In this document: piece after piece, positions 10,270 to 21,051 of the stretch
How the letters are laid out: each line of letters starts with the position of its first letter
Numbering within the stretch: the first letter of the stretch is position 1
Source: Nitrospirota bacterium
GTDB taxonomy: Bacteria; Nitrospirota; UBA9217
Assembly: GCA_963751455.1 (NCBI GenBank)
Contig: CAVVUN010000012.1
Coordinates: forward strand, 576,001 to 640,000
Length of the DNA stretch: 64,000 nt
Direction of reading: 5' to 3'
Translations under genes and position numbers: made by a program
Notes under the pieces: model-generated
What the model was told of the DNA's origin: nothing
The model's input: the letters and a program-made list of their open reading frames with translations, nothing else
Database searches by the model: none

Positions 10270-12165
10270 CTAGAGTACCATATAGCCGTATCTTTTCATT
10301 GCTGCGTTCTGAATCGCTGAAATGATTTTAAAGGCTTCTTTTAAGAGTGTTTGCTCCAGAATACCGAGCTCATACGGATCGATGAAATTATCGGGTTCTC
10401 TGCCGTCCCGGATCTGATCAAATTGATGCCGGAGTCTCAGCGACATGAGAAATTCAAAGGCGTGCTCAAGTTCATGATCCTTTTCCGGGAGCGCGCCGCG
10501 GTCCCCGCTCTGGAGCTCCTTCAGCCTGCCGATCGTAGAGGTTTCGTAGACCCTGGATTCGAGCGCGGAAAGCCGCGCGGCATCGATGATCGGAGTAAGC
10601 GCGTTCAGCTTAAGATTGATTTTCCCTTTATGCTCTCCTTTTTTTTCACAGCTGAAGGCCCTGAAGAAACCGATCGGCGGTCTGTTTTTTGCTGCGGTCG
10701 CTGCCATGTGCGCCAGGAAGAGACTTTTACCTCTTGTCTCATGGCCGAGAAACGCCCTCAGCTTTTCAGCCATCAGAACGTCGCCATAAACCGGCCTGAA
10801 ATCGAAAAATATAAGGGACTGCAGAATTGCATCGGGAGTCGGACAGTTTATCCAGTTCGAGAAATAGCGTTTCCAGACACTCAGCGGCTGGCGCCATTTC
10901 GGATTGCTCGCCATATAATCGGCCTTGCATGCCGGAAACCCGCAGCGCACGAGGGCTTCTTTCATTGATGCGGCAAACGCCGAAAAATAACGTTGCGCCG
11001 CTTCGCCTTCTTCAGTGTCCTCGTAGATGATCGCGTTGTCCTGATCGGTCTTGAAAGTCTGCTCCTTTCTTCCCTCACTGCCGTAAACGATCCAGCAGTA
11101 GCGCACCGGCGGCGGCCCGAGCCTTGCCTCCGTAATTTCGAGGACCTTTCTCAAAAGCCGGTCGTTTATCTCGGTTATGATCCTGGTTATGTTGCCGGCC
11201 TTCGCGCCTTCCCTGATCAGAAGGCTGACAATTCTGTCTATCTTTCGAGAGACAGGCACAAGCCCGTCTATTGTGGTCTGGTTCTCCACCTCGCGCGCGA
11301 CCGACAAGGGAGAGGTTCCCTGAAGCATCATGAGATCGTGGTTCGTTATTATTCCCCTGAGTTCGCCCTTATTCACTACGAGCAGGTGGTGTATGTTATA
11401 CCGTATCATCTTCAGAAGGGCTTCGAAGCAGTAATCGCCCGCTTCCGATTTTATAATCGTGACGCTCATAATGTCTCCGACCCTTCCCGCGGTGTCCCTG
11501 CCCTTCGCCACCACCTTGTTCCTGAGGTCGCGGTCGGTAATAAGGCCGCTCGGGAGGCCCGAGGAATCAAGCAGGACGAGGCAGCTTATGCCATGTTCCG
11601 CCATAAGCTCGGCCGCCCTCCGTATACTTACATCCTCGGAAGCCGTTATCAGCTTTTTTGAGGCAAGGTCACGAAGCACGTTCGTAAAGAGCAGCTTGTC
11701 TCCGCCGCCGTACAGAAGCGTCCGGTCCCGCATATCCTTGTAGGTCATATCGGCAAGACGGGTGATCACGGACCTGAAACAGAAATCTGAAAATCGACCG
11801 CTCGTTTTTAAGAGCTCTAAAACCGTTTCCTTCCTGATCAGATAGCATGAAGTATCTTCGGTGGCGGCAACGGAATCCATGGAGACGGTTCCGTATACGA
11901 GCGAAAGCATCCCGAAGAAATCGCCGGGACCCCGGTTACCGACAAGGACTTCTTCTCCTTCATTGGTCACGACGAACACTCTGACCGCTCCGCTTCGTAT
12001 AACGCTGAGGTATTCCGGCGCCGGCCCGTTCTGACGGAGAATTATTTTTCCCTTCGGGTGAAACTCCATGAGCATCTCTTTTGATATGCTGCGCAGGACG
12101 TCCTGCGCAAGGAACGAGAATGGAGGCGTCTGTATGAGAAGGTTGAATGGGTCTTCGGTAAGCAT
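10270..12165 (-). CDS. cNMP-binding / CBS-pair / DUF294 nucleotidyltransferase-like signalling protein
   Basis: GSEGRKEQTFKTDQDNA motif, tandem CBS (TDRDLR), N-terminal cNMP domain; start MLTEDP approximate. Confidence 0.85.
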   Translation of the reverse strand: MLTEDPFNLLIQTPPFSFLAQDVLRSISKEMLMEFHPKGKIILRQNGPAPEYLSVIRSGAVRVFVVTNEGEEVLVGNRGPGDFFGMLSLVYGTVSMDSVAATEDTSCYLIRKETVLELLKTSGRFSDFCFRSVITRLADMTYKDMRDRTLLYGGGDKLLFTNVLRDLASKKLITASEDVSIRRAAELMAEHGISCLVLLDSSGLPSGLITDRDLRNKVVAKGRDTAGRVGDIMSVTIIKSEAGDYCFEALLKMIRYNIHHLLVVNKGELRGIITNHDLMMLQGTSPLSVAREVENQTTIDGLVPVSRKIDRIVSLLIREGAKAGNITRIITEINDRLLRKVLEITEARLGPPPVRYCWIVYGSEGRKEQTFKTDQDNAIIYEDTEEGEAAQRYFSAFAASMKEALVRCGFPACKADYMASNPKWRQPLSVWKRYFSNWINCPTPDAILQSLIFFDFRPVYGDVLMAEKLRAFLGHETRGKSLFLAHMAATAAKNRPPIGFFRAFSCEKKGEHKGKINLKLNALTPIIDAARLSALESRVYETSTIGRLKELQSGDRGALPEKDHELEHAFEFLMSLRLRHQFDQIRDGREPDNFIDPYELGILEQTLLKEAFKIISAIQNAAMKRYGYMVL

Positions 12166-12375
12166 ACTGTTTAAAAAGAACATAGCCGCGGAGAAGGCAG
12201 AGCTCGCGGGCGATTGCCGCTTTTCAATCGCCGCTATGCTCATAAAAAATAATACCATTACGGCTTCGAAATGCCAACTCCCTGACGGCATTGAAAATCG
12301 CACAATGAAAATCCGGACTGCCGCTTTGACGGTATATGATTATAGAGAATGGCTCGATCCGCTTTGTCCCATTGT

Positions 12376-12753
12376 TCAGCGCGGCCTGTCGAGCACGTTT
12401 CTGACAGCGCGCTTCATTTCGTCATGGATCAGGGGTTTAATAATGAAATCGCTGGCGCCCGCTTTTATGGATTCGACGGCCGTCGCAAGCGAGGCATAGG
12501 CTGTAATGATGATTACTTTCTGGGAGGGATTCTTCTTGCGGTATTTTGCGAGCAGTTCTATGCCGCTGATGCCAGGAAGAATAATGTCGGTGATTATGAG
12601 ATCGTATGATTCTTTTTCGAGAAGCGTGAAGGCAGTCTCTGCGCTTTCCGCTCTGTCCACTGCATACCCCTCTTTCTCGAAAACTCTCTGAAGGGACTGG
12701 CAGAGCGTATCTTCATCCTCGATTATGAGCAAACGTTCGACCATAACGCCCAC
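12376..12753 (-). CDS. Single-domain response regulator receiver
   Basis: LLIIEDE...DLIITDIILPG...ITAY...FIIKP. Confidence 0.9.
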   Translation of the reverse strand: MGVMVERLLIIEDEDTLCQSLQRVFEKEGYAVDRAESAETAFTLLEKESYDLIITDIILPGISGIELLAKYRKKNPSQKVIIITAYASLATAVESIKAGASDFIIKPLIHDEMKRAVRNVLDRPR

Positions 12754-12862
12754 CCGGCTTAATAGAGAGGCATTCAGTCTGTCGCTTCAATTAAAAGTAT
12801 TATATCAGATTTTGAAGCAAATTATTCGCATTTCCCACCTGAACCTGTAATATTGAAAAAGT

Positions 12863-13451
12863 GTAACTACTAGGTCATTTTTTTATCCGCAGATTACGCA
12901 GATAGAAACAAAACCCGAGTTCTGGTTTAAAATCTGCGTCCATCTGCGAAATCTACGGATAGGCGCTTACGCCTATAACATCGACAAAAGATTGTCGATC
13001 TTTAAAAAGAATTTAATGCAAAAACAGGATTATATTGCGCTCGCAAAGGAAGGCCAAATCGCCGGGTTTAAAACCAGACTTAAAGCTACTTTACGAACCA
13101 ACATCTTGAGTTTTTAGTCGAGTCAAAACCAAAACCCAATTTTCACACAAAGCCACGAAGCCACAAAGAAGAAAACTGATTTTTTGTCTTTCGATTTTTG
13201 GTCTTTCTCCGTGTCTTAGTGGCTTCGTGTGAGATCGTTTTAAGGTTTTACTTTTGCTTTATTGGTCTGAGGCGTAACCTCATAAAAGTTTTCTTTGCGT
13301 TCTTTGCGGCTTTGCGAGAGACGCCTTTGACTTTTTGTTGTTATTTCTGTCCCGAAGGGACCATGTCTGCCGGGCGAAGTCCCGGCCGACACGTAGAAGG
13401 CTTTTTGTCAGATTTGTCTCAAAACCGTTCTGAAAAGAAGCTGAATAGTTA
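12863..13451. mobile_element. Miniature element (homolog of 2627-2783) carrying a ~430 bp nested insertion
   Basis: Both outer parts align to 2627-2783 in reverse; the insert 12963-13393 is flanked by a repeated TAG. Confidence 0.6.
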
Positions 13452-13606
13452 GAGTCTGTTTAAATGTCCTTCTTCGTCATGCCGGACTTGATCCGGCATC
13501 CGGAAGGTTATGAAAAGACTGGATTCCAGCGACTCGGCTGAGCTCGTCGAAGTCTTTCGCTGGAATGACGGTACATGTTGAAATAGCAATTAAAATACAA
13601 ATTCTA

Positions 13607-13810
13607 GTGTAGTGTCTCACAAACGACTGGTGTTATCATAGCGCGGCAGTGCAGCCAAACTTGCAGGGCAAGGCTTTAGCCTTGCGAAAGCGCCGGAACA
13701 GCAGCAACCCTAAAGGGTCGCCCTACAAATTCATCAGCAAATATTTATGCGAAGATAAGTTTTCGATGAGAAATCATCACATAACACCGTCCATTTAAGA
13801 GACACTACAC
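13607..13810. mobile_element. ~205 bp MITE with 12-bp terminal inverted repeats and TA duplication (IS630-like signature)
   Basis: TA-GTGTAGTGTCTC...GAGACACTACAC-TA; second copy inverted at 26234-26439. Confidence 0.8.
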
Positions 13811-13836
13811 TAGTTACAAAAAAGTATTCCGGATTT

Positions 13837-16200
13837 TCACAGAACCAAAAATGCTGCCTGCACAAGGATGAGGAGCAGCAGCAAATGATTTGAATTAAAC
13901 AAGAAAATTTCATCGCTTTTTACGTCCGACACATTGCCTTCGGCATCCTTAAACCACACATGTAGTTTCTTGGTGCCCTTGCCCTTGCTCGTCTTAAACG
14001 GTACGTCATTGGAAAATTCTTTGACCGGAGCGAAAGTCACCCAGCGCGGGTCCGATGCATCGGGAGTAGCGGGATTCTCCGATATAAAATACCCGGCTAC
14101 GCCCTTTTTACTGGCCGCAGCTATGGTTAAATTAACCGTATTTTTATCCGTGAGATATCCGCGGCCCTTGTTTACGAAGCTGGGCGGCGTTTTGGGTATG
14201 GGCGGCAGTGTTACGCGCCACTCATATATTGCTGGTGTGGCATCCTCATTCCCATAAGCATCTATTGCCTTGACGCTGAATACGTGATCGCCCTCTGCAA
14301 GCTCCGCATACTTCATCGGCTCGACACAGGCCGAATACCCGTCGTCGTCCAGCTTACACCGGTAGGCTGCACCGGCCTTGGTTGATATAAAGCCGAAACT
14401 GGCGGCCCCGGTATTTGAAGGATCATCCGGTGTGCTTGTAATCATTGTGTCAAACGGCGTCATGTCGATAGTCCAGGAATAAAGGGCGGGAGTCGGATCG
14501 GGGTTTCCGGAGGCGTCTTTGGCCTTGACCGCGAATGCATGCGGTCCTTCGGAGAGCGCCGTATAAGACTGAGGGCTTATGCAGGGCACGTACGCGTTGC
14601 CGTCAAACGCGCATTCAAATGTTGATTGCGGCTCTGAAGAAGAAAAAATGAAATCCGCCGAGGCCGAGTTCGACAGGATGTAAGGCCGCCCTGTGATCGC
14701 GGTATCGGGCGGCGCTGTGTCTATTATCCAGGTGAAGGTTGCTGGCGCCGGCTGCGAGTTGCCTGCTTTGTCCGTGGCTTTAACGGCAATTGTATGGCTT
14801 CCTTCTGAAAGTGCCTCGTAAGACTGCGATTCGGCACAGGCTGTATAAACACGGCCGTCAAGCGAACACTGAAATGTGGAAGCCGGTTCTGTGGCAGTGA
14901 AACTGAAATCCGCCGAGGTTAAATTAGTAGGGCTCGCAGGATGGTTCGAGATGGCCGCTTCCGGGGGCAGGGTATCGAGGATAATCGTGTCAGTCACCGG
15001 CAAAGAGACGTGCCCGAGCGTGTCTTTGAACCAGACATAAACCGTTTTCGTGCCGTCTCCCGCGTTCAACGAATAGGGAACCTGCGCTGAATACGATGCC
15101 GTCGGCGCTACCGCCGTCCAGCCCGGATCAACTGCTTCTGGAGCCGCGGTGTATTGGGAAATATAGTAGCCTTGTATGCCGCTGTTTTTCGTGCCGGCTA
15201 TTGAAAGGATCACCTTGGTCGAATTCGTCCATGTCTCGCCGCTGTTGATAAAATTTCCGTTTGTCGTGTTGGTTGGGGGCGTTGTATCCACGGTGAAACT
15301 CCATACCGGCGACCAGTCGCTTGCCCCTTTAACGGCATCGGTACACTTTACTCTCCAGAAGTACGTGCCTGACTCCAGGGACGTACCCGTTTTATACGAC
15401 AATGCCTGGACGCTCTCATCTATGGTGTTTCTCGCAAAATCGTCGCTCTTCGATACCTGAATGCGGTATGCAGACGAGCCGCTCATCCAGGTAAAATAGA
15501 TTTGCCCGGACCCGAAGGTTTCTTCCTTTGCGGGTCTTGACAGGGCGGGAGGAGGCATGGGTATAAGAACAGGCGCATCGTCGCTTACGATTGACGTAAT
15601 AGTCGGGGCTGAATGAGAAGAAGTCTTCGCTGTCTCGATGCCGACATCAAACATGCCTGCTGCGGCAATCCAGGGAGGTTGCGTATCACTTGCCGCTTGT
15701 GTTGCCGGACTTGTTGCTGTCAAGAAGGGAGAAACGACGGGCTCTGTCCATTTCAAGCCCGGAACCGTTAAACCGCGAAGCATATTCACGATTCCTGTTT
15801 CTTCAAGTACCGTCAGTGCAATGGTCGACTTTTTTGAAGCAGTTTGAGGTGAAACGGAACCGTATCGTATCGATTTGGATAACCTCGGCGAGAGCAATTG
15901 AACCATGCCGGCATTCCAGTCAAAAATACGGGCCGATGGCAGAGGAGCGCATAAGACCGCGGGGGACTGACCTCCTGAGACCCGAATAAAACCGGCTGGA
16001 CACCAGGCTTGCCTGGAAAACCCTTTTTCCGCTTTTCTTTTTCCTGACGGTATGCTTTTTGCCTCTACCCGGGCCTTGTCCGAGGATTGGCCCGATAACT
16101 GGGTCGACAATTGAATTGTCACTAATTCTTTTGCCGATCCGGCCTTCAGGAGAAAGGGCAACAGAGACATATTCAGGATAAGAAAGAATATTTTTTTCAC
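13837..16200 (-). CDS. Secreted Ig-like/FN3 repeat surface protein with C-terminal hydrophobic anchor
   Basis: Signal peptide; repeated DTxPP...FxCxLD..Y..C...Y..LSEGxH.F.VKA.D..GN units; hydrophobic C-terminus. Confidence 0.7.
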   Translation of the reverse strand: MKKIFFLILNMSLLPFLLKAGSAKELVTIQLSTQLSGQSSDKARVEAKSIPSGKRKAEKGFSRQAWCPAGFIRVSGGQSPAVLCAPLPSARIFDWNAGMVQLLSPRLSKSIRYGSVSPQTASKKSTIALTVLEETGIVNMLRGLTVPGLKWTEPVVSPFLTATSPATQAASDTQPPWIAAAGMFDVGIETAKTSSHSAPTITSIVSDDAPVLIPMPPPALSRPAKEETFGSGQIYFTWMSGSSAYRIQVSKSDDFARNTIDESVQALSYKTGTSLESGTYFWRVKCTDAVKGASDWSPVWSFTVDTTPPTNTTNGNFINSGETWTNSTKVILSIAGTKNSGIQGYYISQYTAAPEAVDPGWTAVAPTASYSAQVPYSLNAGDGTKTVYVWFKDTLGHVSLPVTDTIILDTLPPEAAISNHPASPTNLTSADFSFTATEPASTFQCSLDGRVYTACAESQSYEALSEGSHTIAVKATDKAGNSQPAPATFTWIIDTAPPDTAITGRPYILSNSASADFIFSSSEPQSTFECAFDGNAYVPCISPQSYTALSEGPHAFAVKAKDASGNPDPTPALYSWTIDMTPFDTMITSTPDDPSNTGAASFGFISTKAGAAYRCKLDDDGYSACVEPMKYAELAEGDHVFSVKAIDAYGNEDATPAIYEWRVTLPPIPKTPPSFVNKGRGYLTDKNTVNLTIAAASKKGVAGYFISENPATPDASDPRWVTFAPVKEFSNDVPFKTSKGKGTKKLHVWFKDAEGNVSDVKSDEIFLFNSNHLLLLLILVQAAFLVL

Positions 16201-16723
16201 GGCTCATCAATTTTTTTTCTTTACTTCGTCTTTGATACGGGTAATTATAGGCAAAAAATAGTACAATAAATCGGACTAAAAGGCAAGGTCAATCAAGTTG
16301 CCGTATCGTTGAAACAACATGGAAATTTCATGCCCGCAGTACTATGCAAAAAACCGTTTTTTTGGTGAATAAATTGTTGCTCAGAAGCATATACGAAGCA
16401 TATAATAGTTTAGTATTGCTGAAACTGGGGGCATATAGCTCAATTATCGGCGTGATATGGCCCCAAAAACGCATTTTTTAGTTGATGGTGAATTCGACTT
16501 TAATTGTATCAATGTTGGTCAATAGTTCCACTTTGTGATCCCCCGGCAGGTAGAGCGTTTAGGGACGTTAGAATCGAATGAAAAAAGTAAGCATTCTTCC
16601 TCAGTTGAATGAAACGTGCCGGCTTTTTCTTGGACTGGATTACCCCCTTTATAAAAAAGCTCAACTTATTAATAACTTCGACTTATGGTCTGGTTTTTGC
16701 TTATATTAATGAAAGGCAGATTT

Positions 16724-18076
16724 ATGAAAAAAGTAGCTGTTTTGGTTTTGCTCGCCGCATTTTTTGTGACTCTTCCAATTTCGAACGTAAAAGCTGCTCC
16801 CGCCGCTGCCCCGGAGCAGGGATGCGTGACTTCGAAATGCCACCAGGACATGTTGAAATCCAAAAATATCCATCCGGCGGCGGACCCGTGCGAGACCTGT
16901 CACCAGTCTATTATGTCGCCGCACCCGCAAAAAAAGACAAAGACCTTCAAGCTGAGTCAAGAGGTCCCAGGATTGTGCTACCAGTGTCATGCAACGTTTG
17001 GCGCGCTAAAGCATGTCCATCCACCGGTTAAAGACGGGATGTGCACTACCTGCCATAATCCGCATGACTCTGCAGAGCCGAAACTGCTTACACAGCCTAT
17101 GAAAAGCCTTTGCACCTCTTGCCATGCCGACAAAGCGGAATACAAGTTCGCGCATGGACCGGTGGCTGCGGGCGATTGCACCTTCTGTCATAATCCGCAC
17201 GAAGCGAACACGGCCCGCATGCTCGTGAAAGAAGGGGCGGATCTCTGCTTCACGTGCCATGCGGACCTACAGGGCGATTTCAAAAAGAAAGTTGTGCACC
17301 CGGCCATTGATATGGGCTGCCCGTCCTGCCATAACCCGCATGGATCAGGCGTCAAGAAATTTTTTTCGGCGGAAGGAGCCGCGCTCTGCTACCAATGCCA
17401 TCCGCAGATCGAAGAAAAACTGAAATCGGCAAAGGTTGTTCACGCGCCCATCAAAACGGCGCAAAGCTGTGCATCGTGCCATGCTCCCCATTCAAGTGAC
17501 GCGCAAAAACTCCTGTCTGCAGAGGGCAAGGATCTGTGTCTCGGCTGTCATAAGGATTTCATCAAGAAAAAACAAACAGTCATGCACGGCCCGATTCGGG
17601 ACGGGAAGTGCACGCCCTGTCATAATCCGCACGGCACGCCGAACGACAGACTCCTGATCAAGCCGTACTCCCCGGCATTTTATGTCTCATACAGTGATTC
17701 AGAATTTCAATTTTGCTTCAGCTGTCATAACCGGGACCTTCTCAAGTTTCCGACTACATCCTACGCAACAGGATTCAGGGACGGAGAAAGAAATCTTCAT
17801 TTCCTTCATATTAACAAGAAAGACAAGGGCAGGACCTGCAGGGCCTGCCATGTCGTGCATGCAGGCGAAAAACCGAAATTGATTGCGGACAAGGTTACCT
17901 TCGGTAAATGGAGTCTGCCCCTGAACTTTGAAAAAACCGAGACCGGCGGCAGTTGCACGCCCGGATGTCACCAAAAATACTCCTATGACATAAAAGGCAA
18001 GCAAGCAGCACCCGATAGAACCAGGGGAAAAATCCAGGGAAGAGACACAGGCAAAACAAATGACAAACCTAAATAA
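16724..18076 (+). CDS. Periplasmic multiheme cytochrome c with doubled-CxxCH repeats (~15 hemes)
   Basis: 13 CxxCH plus one CX4CH and one CX3CH; HxP...CxxCHxPH repeats; signal peptide from MKKVAV. Confidence 0.9.
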   Translation: MKKVAVLVLLAAFFVTLPISNVKAAPAAAPEQGCVTSKCHQDMLKSKNIHPAADPCETCHQSIMSPHPQKKTKTFKLSQEVPGLCYQCHATFGALKHVHPPVKDGMCTTCHNPHDSAEPKLLTQPMKSLCTSCHADKAEYKFAHGPVAAGDCTFCHNPHEANTARMLVKEGADLCFTCHADLQGDFKKKVVHPAIDMGCPSCHNPHGSGVKKFFSAEGAALCYQCHPQIEEKLKSAKVVHAPIKTAQSCASCHAPHSSDAQKLLSAEGKDLCLGCHKDFIKKKQTVMHGPIRDGKCTPCHNPHGTPNDRLLIKPYSPAFYVSYSDSEFQFCFSCHNRDLLKFPTTSYATGFRDGERNLHFLHINKKDKGRTCRACHVVHAGEKPKLIADKVTFGKWSLPLNFEKTETGGSCTPGCHQKYSYDIKGKQAAPDRTRGKIQGRDTGKTNDKPK

Positions 18077-18347
18077 TGACAGCTCCCGTATGGACGAACA
18101 GTATTCGGGTGAAGTCGAATTCTTCATTGTTGAGAATAGCGCCGGTCCCGGCGCCGAAAACAGGGGGCCGGGCAACACGGGCACGCTGATCGAATGGAGC
18201 AGCAGCGGGACAGGCATGCTGACCCGCATTCCGCTGCAGCCCGGAAACATGGTCCGGCTCAACCATGAAGGCGCGTCAAAATTAGGGATTGTAATGTGGA
18301 GCGTCGAGTCATCGAATAAGTTCCGGGTCCAGATGAGGTTTGTATAA
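18060..18347 (+). CDS. Small PilZ-like beta-barrel protein (degenerate)
   Basis: GTLIEWSSSGTG resembles D/NxSxxG; ...GIVMWS...FRVQMRF; no RxxxR. Confidence 0.5.
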   Translation: MTNLNNDSSRMDEQYSGEVEFFIVENSAGPGAENRGPGNTGTLIEWSSSGTGMLTRIPLQPGNMVRLNHEGASKLGIVMWSVESSNKFRVQMRFV

Positions 18348-18574
18348 GTGGAGCCTCCGGCAGAAGTTAGGCATTCCCAAGTTGCGGGTTTGAAGACAAC
18401 ATACAACAGTTATTTAAACAGTGTACCCAAAAACAGCCCTCCTGTCACCCCTTACGAGAACGATGCTTCTACCCATTTGGCGCATCTCACAGGCTTAACC
18501 ATTCAGTAATTGACAAAAACATACTATATCAGTAGGATAGAGAGAATTTGATGTTTTATGGGGGTGATTTTTTC

Positions 18575-20335
18575 ATGAAGCAACGATCTTCGTATCAGCC
18601 CTTTCTTACTGTCCCTGTCCTCTTTACAGTTCTTTTATTTGCCCCGGCCGCAAGTTATGCCATAGACCGCCTCGTTCCGTCTGAATTCTCGACCATCCAG
18701 GCGGCAATAAACGCTGCATCCGATAACGATACAGTTATAGTCGACCCGGGGACCTATCAGGAGGCCATCACCCTCACGAAAAGCGTCAATATCCAGGGGA
18801 GCGAGACTGCCCGGACCTTTTTGAGTGGAGGTGGAGGCGGCCCGATCGTAGTCATTAACGGGACAAACATCAGCGCCGTAATCCGCAATTTTACCTTCAT
18901 CAATGCATCACTCGGGATCCAGATCTCCGATGACCAGTCGAATGTGGACATCAAGAACAACGTGTTCGAGGTAGGCTCGGGCGGGATCGGAGTTTCTGTA
19001 CAGCTGACCACGGTGGACGATCCCACTTCCGGGATCGAGGTTGCCAATAATGTTTTTTTCCAGAACTGGACAGCCGTGGCCAGCGACCCATTTATTGATA
19101 TCAATCACAATATCTTTGCGTATAATAAAACCGCGATATCGTCGAATACGACCAATGTTGTAAATAACGCTTTTTTCAGCAACGGCACGGATGGGCCGAC
19201 TGGTTCCGGCCCTGTTACGGGTGATCCCCTTTTCGTGGACACCGCAAACCACGACTTCCATCTCCGGGAAGGATCGCCCTGCATCAATGAAGAGACAAAT
19301 CCGCCCTCGGAAATCGGCGCCTATGGCGGCCCGGAGGCCGACCTGACTCCCTTCCCGGTTCAGGGACTGAAAATAACGTCCACAACGGCCTCTTCGATCT
19401 CTCTCGCCTGGTACCCGAACTTGTCCTCCCACGTCACGAACACGGATTATCCCAAAGGAACCTACTCTGTCTGGTACGGCCGGACATCCGGCCCTCCCTA
19501 CGAGGGTTTTGAGGCTACTGTCGAATCGAGCTACGAATTCTTTGATGAAGACATTACCCTGGTTACGGACGAGTCCGGCAAGACAGCTTACACTTATACG
19601 CTCAATTTTGATTTATCGACCACGCAACTGGATTCTCCTATCCTTGATGAGCCGGACCCCCGCGACGGAAAGCTCGTGCTTAAGTGGTCCCCGGTCTTGG
19701 GCGCTGCCGGATATAAAGTACATTACGGTACGATGATTACCGGCGAAAATACTCTTGACGTCGGAAACACAACGTCTTACACGCTAACAGGTCTCACGAA
19801 CGGTCAAACCTACATAGTGGCTGTCAGCGCTTATCTACGGCATGAATTCTTTATCGCGCTGAAGGCGCTCGATATAGGCGGAATTGAAAGCGACTATTCA
19901 CAGGAGGTTTCGGCGCAGATCGGGGAGACCCTGGAGAGCCTGTTTTCGAACGAAAAGACGGAATACCCGGAGCCCGTTATCGCGTATCCGGTGCTGCCGA
20001 ACGGGCGCCACGGCTGCTTTATCGCGTCGGCCGCGTATGGATCGTACTCCTCGCCGGAAGTACTGATTCTGCGCGACTTCCGTGATCGTTATCTGCTCAC
20101 AACCCGTGCCGGCAGGATGTTTGTCAAGTGGTATTATCGTAACAGCCCAGCCGCTGCTGCGCTGTTGAACTCGCATCCGGAATACAAGCCGGTGGTCAGA
20201 GCACTGCTCACTCCTGTTGTTGGCGCAGCCATCGTTGTAACAAGGACGTCAGTAGCTGTAGGATTCGCGTTGATCCTCGGAACAGCGATTATCTGCGCCC
20301 TCCTGAAAAGGCGCTCACGACCAATCAAAGCTTAG
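18575..20335 (+). CDS. Secreted beta-helix + FN3 protein with CFI-box-CTERM tail
   Basis: TIQAAIN..V.PGTY and DFHL..GSPCI..IGAYGG; FN3 GLTNGQTY; C-terminal GCFIASAAYGS...LRDFRD...FVKWYY..SP then TM and basic end. Confidence 0.8.
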   Translation: MKQRSSYQPFLTVPVLFTVLLFAPAASYAIDRLVPSEFSTIQAAINAASDNDTVIVDPGTYQEAITLTKSVNIQGSETARTFLSGGGGGPIVVINGTNISAVIRNFTFINASLGIQISDDQSNVDIKNNVFEVGSGGIGVSVQLTTVDDPTSGIEVANNVFFQNWTAVASDPFIDINHNIFAYNKTAISSNTTNVVNNAFFSNGTDGPTGSGPVTGDPLFVDTANHDFHLREGSPCINEETNPPSEIGAYGGPEADLTPFPVQGLKITSTTASSISLAWYPNLSSHVTNTDYPKGTYSVWYGRTSGPPYEGFEATVESSYEFFDEDITLVTDESGKTAYTYTLNFDLSTTQLDSPILDEPDPRDGKLVLKWSPVLGAAGYKVHYGTMITGENTLDVGNTTSYTLTGLTNGQTYIVAVSAYLRHEFFIALKALDIGGIESDYSQEVSAQIGETLESLFSNEKTEYPEPVIAYPVLPNGRHGCFIASAAYGSYSSPEVLILRDFRDRYLLTTRAGRMFVKWYYRNSPAAAALLNSHPEYKPVVRALLTPVVGAAIVVTRTSVAVGFALILGTAIICALLKRRSRPIKA

Positions 20336-20409
20336 TAATTGAACAGTACGACTCTCTCTTAATAGTTGCTGATTTTTGACGGAAGTTTTGCACCCGTTCA
20401 GGAGGATTT

Positions 20410-21051
20410 TTGAATAAATATTTTTCCATTCTGCTCTTTCTACTTCTTCCTTCAGCTGTCTTTGCAGAGGACCCGATACGCGACCAGCCCAACTGGGTAT
20501 TTGAACTGAAAGGCGGCAGGTTTATGCCCGGGCTCGAAGACTGGACGAGGTACTACAGCAGGAGGTACATGATTCAGTATGGAGCTTCACTGGCGTATAT
20601 TATCGTGCCGCAGGTCGAATTAGGTTTCGGCGCGAGCTCGACGAAGGCAAACGGGGATGCTGCAGCGGCCCTCCACGGAAAATCTTACAGCAATGTAGTG
20701 ACCTATCAGCTTTACCCGATCAATGCATTCATACTTTTTCGCGGCATCTGGAGCGAAGATCAGCTGCTTGTCCCGTACATCGGCGGGGGCATGACGAGAG
20801 TATACTACCGGCAGAAGATCCGGGACCAGGATACAGTGGCAGGCTATACCGACGGTTATCATGCAAGGGGCGGGTTGCAATTCTCTCTCGATACTGTGGA
20901 CCCGAGCGCATCTAACAGGATGTACCTTGACTATGGAATCCGCTCTACGTACTTCTTTATAGAAGCAGAATATACCCGGGCTGTGGTAACTTCTGTTTCA
21001 ATCGATTTGGGCGGCACGTCATACCTCGGAGGCCTTCGGTTCGAGTTTTAA
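20410..21051 (+). CDS. Outer-membrane beta-barrel protein (MXAN_2562-like, adjacent to the CFI-box protein)
   Basis: Signal peptide, LVPYIGGG, alternating strands, ends GLRFEF. Confidence 0.7.
   Translation: MNKYFSILLFLLLPSAVFAEDPIRDQPNWVFELKGGRFMPGLEDWTRYYSRRYMIQYGASLAYIIVPQVELGFGASSTKANGDAAAALHGKSYSNVVTYQLYPINAFILFRGIWSEDQLLVPYIGGGMTRVYYRQKIRDQDTVAGYTDGYHARGGLQFSLDTVDPSASNRMYLDYGIRSTYFFIEAEYTRAVVTSVSIDLGGTSYLGGLRFEF

Noticed and set aside
12166-12303. N-terminal extensions given by the ORF track (also at 2248, 3370, 10132, 32366, 37904)
   Set aside because: Domain boundaries and, in most cases, RBS positions favour downstream starts
762-13232. CRISPR array suggested by short periodic repeats
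   Set aside because: Units are 9 nt, tandem and inverted, with no unique spacers and no cas genes
13607-13618. MITE mobilised by the ISH6-like transposase because both ends share TAGTGTAG
   Set aside because: The IS makes an 8-bp duplication whereas the MITE shows TA duplication; the match is short
16537-16553. TCCCCCGGCAGG upstream of the 15-heme cytochrome resembling the leader motif
   Set aside because: Parts are fused and no enclosing stem is evident; may be chance
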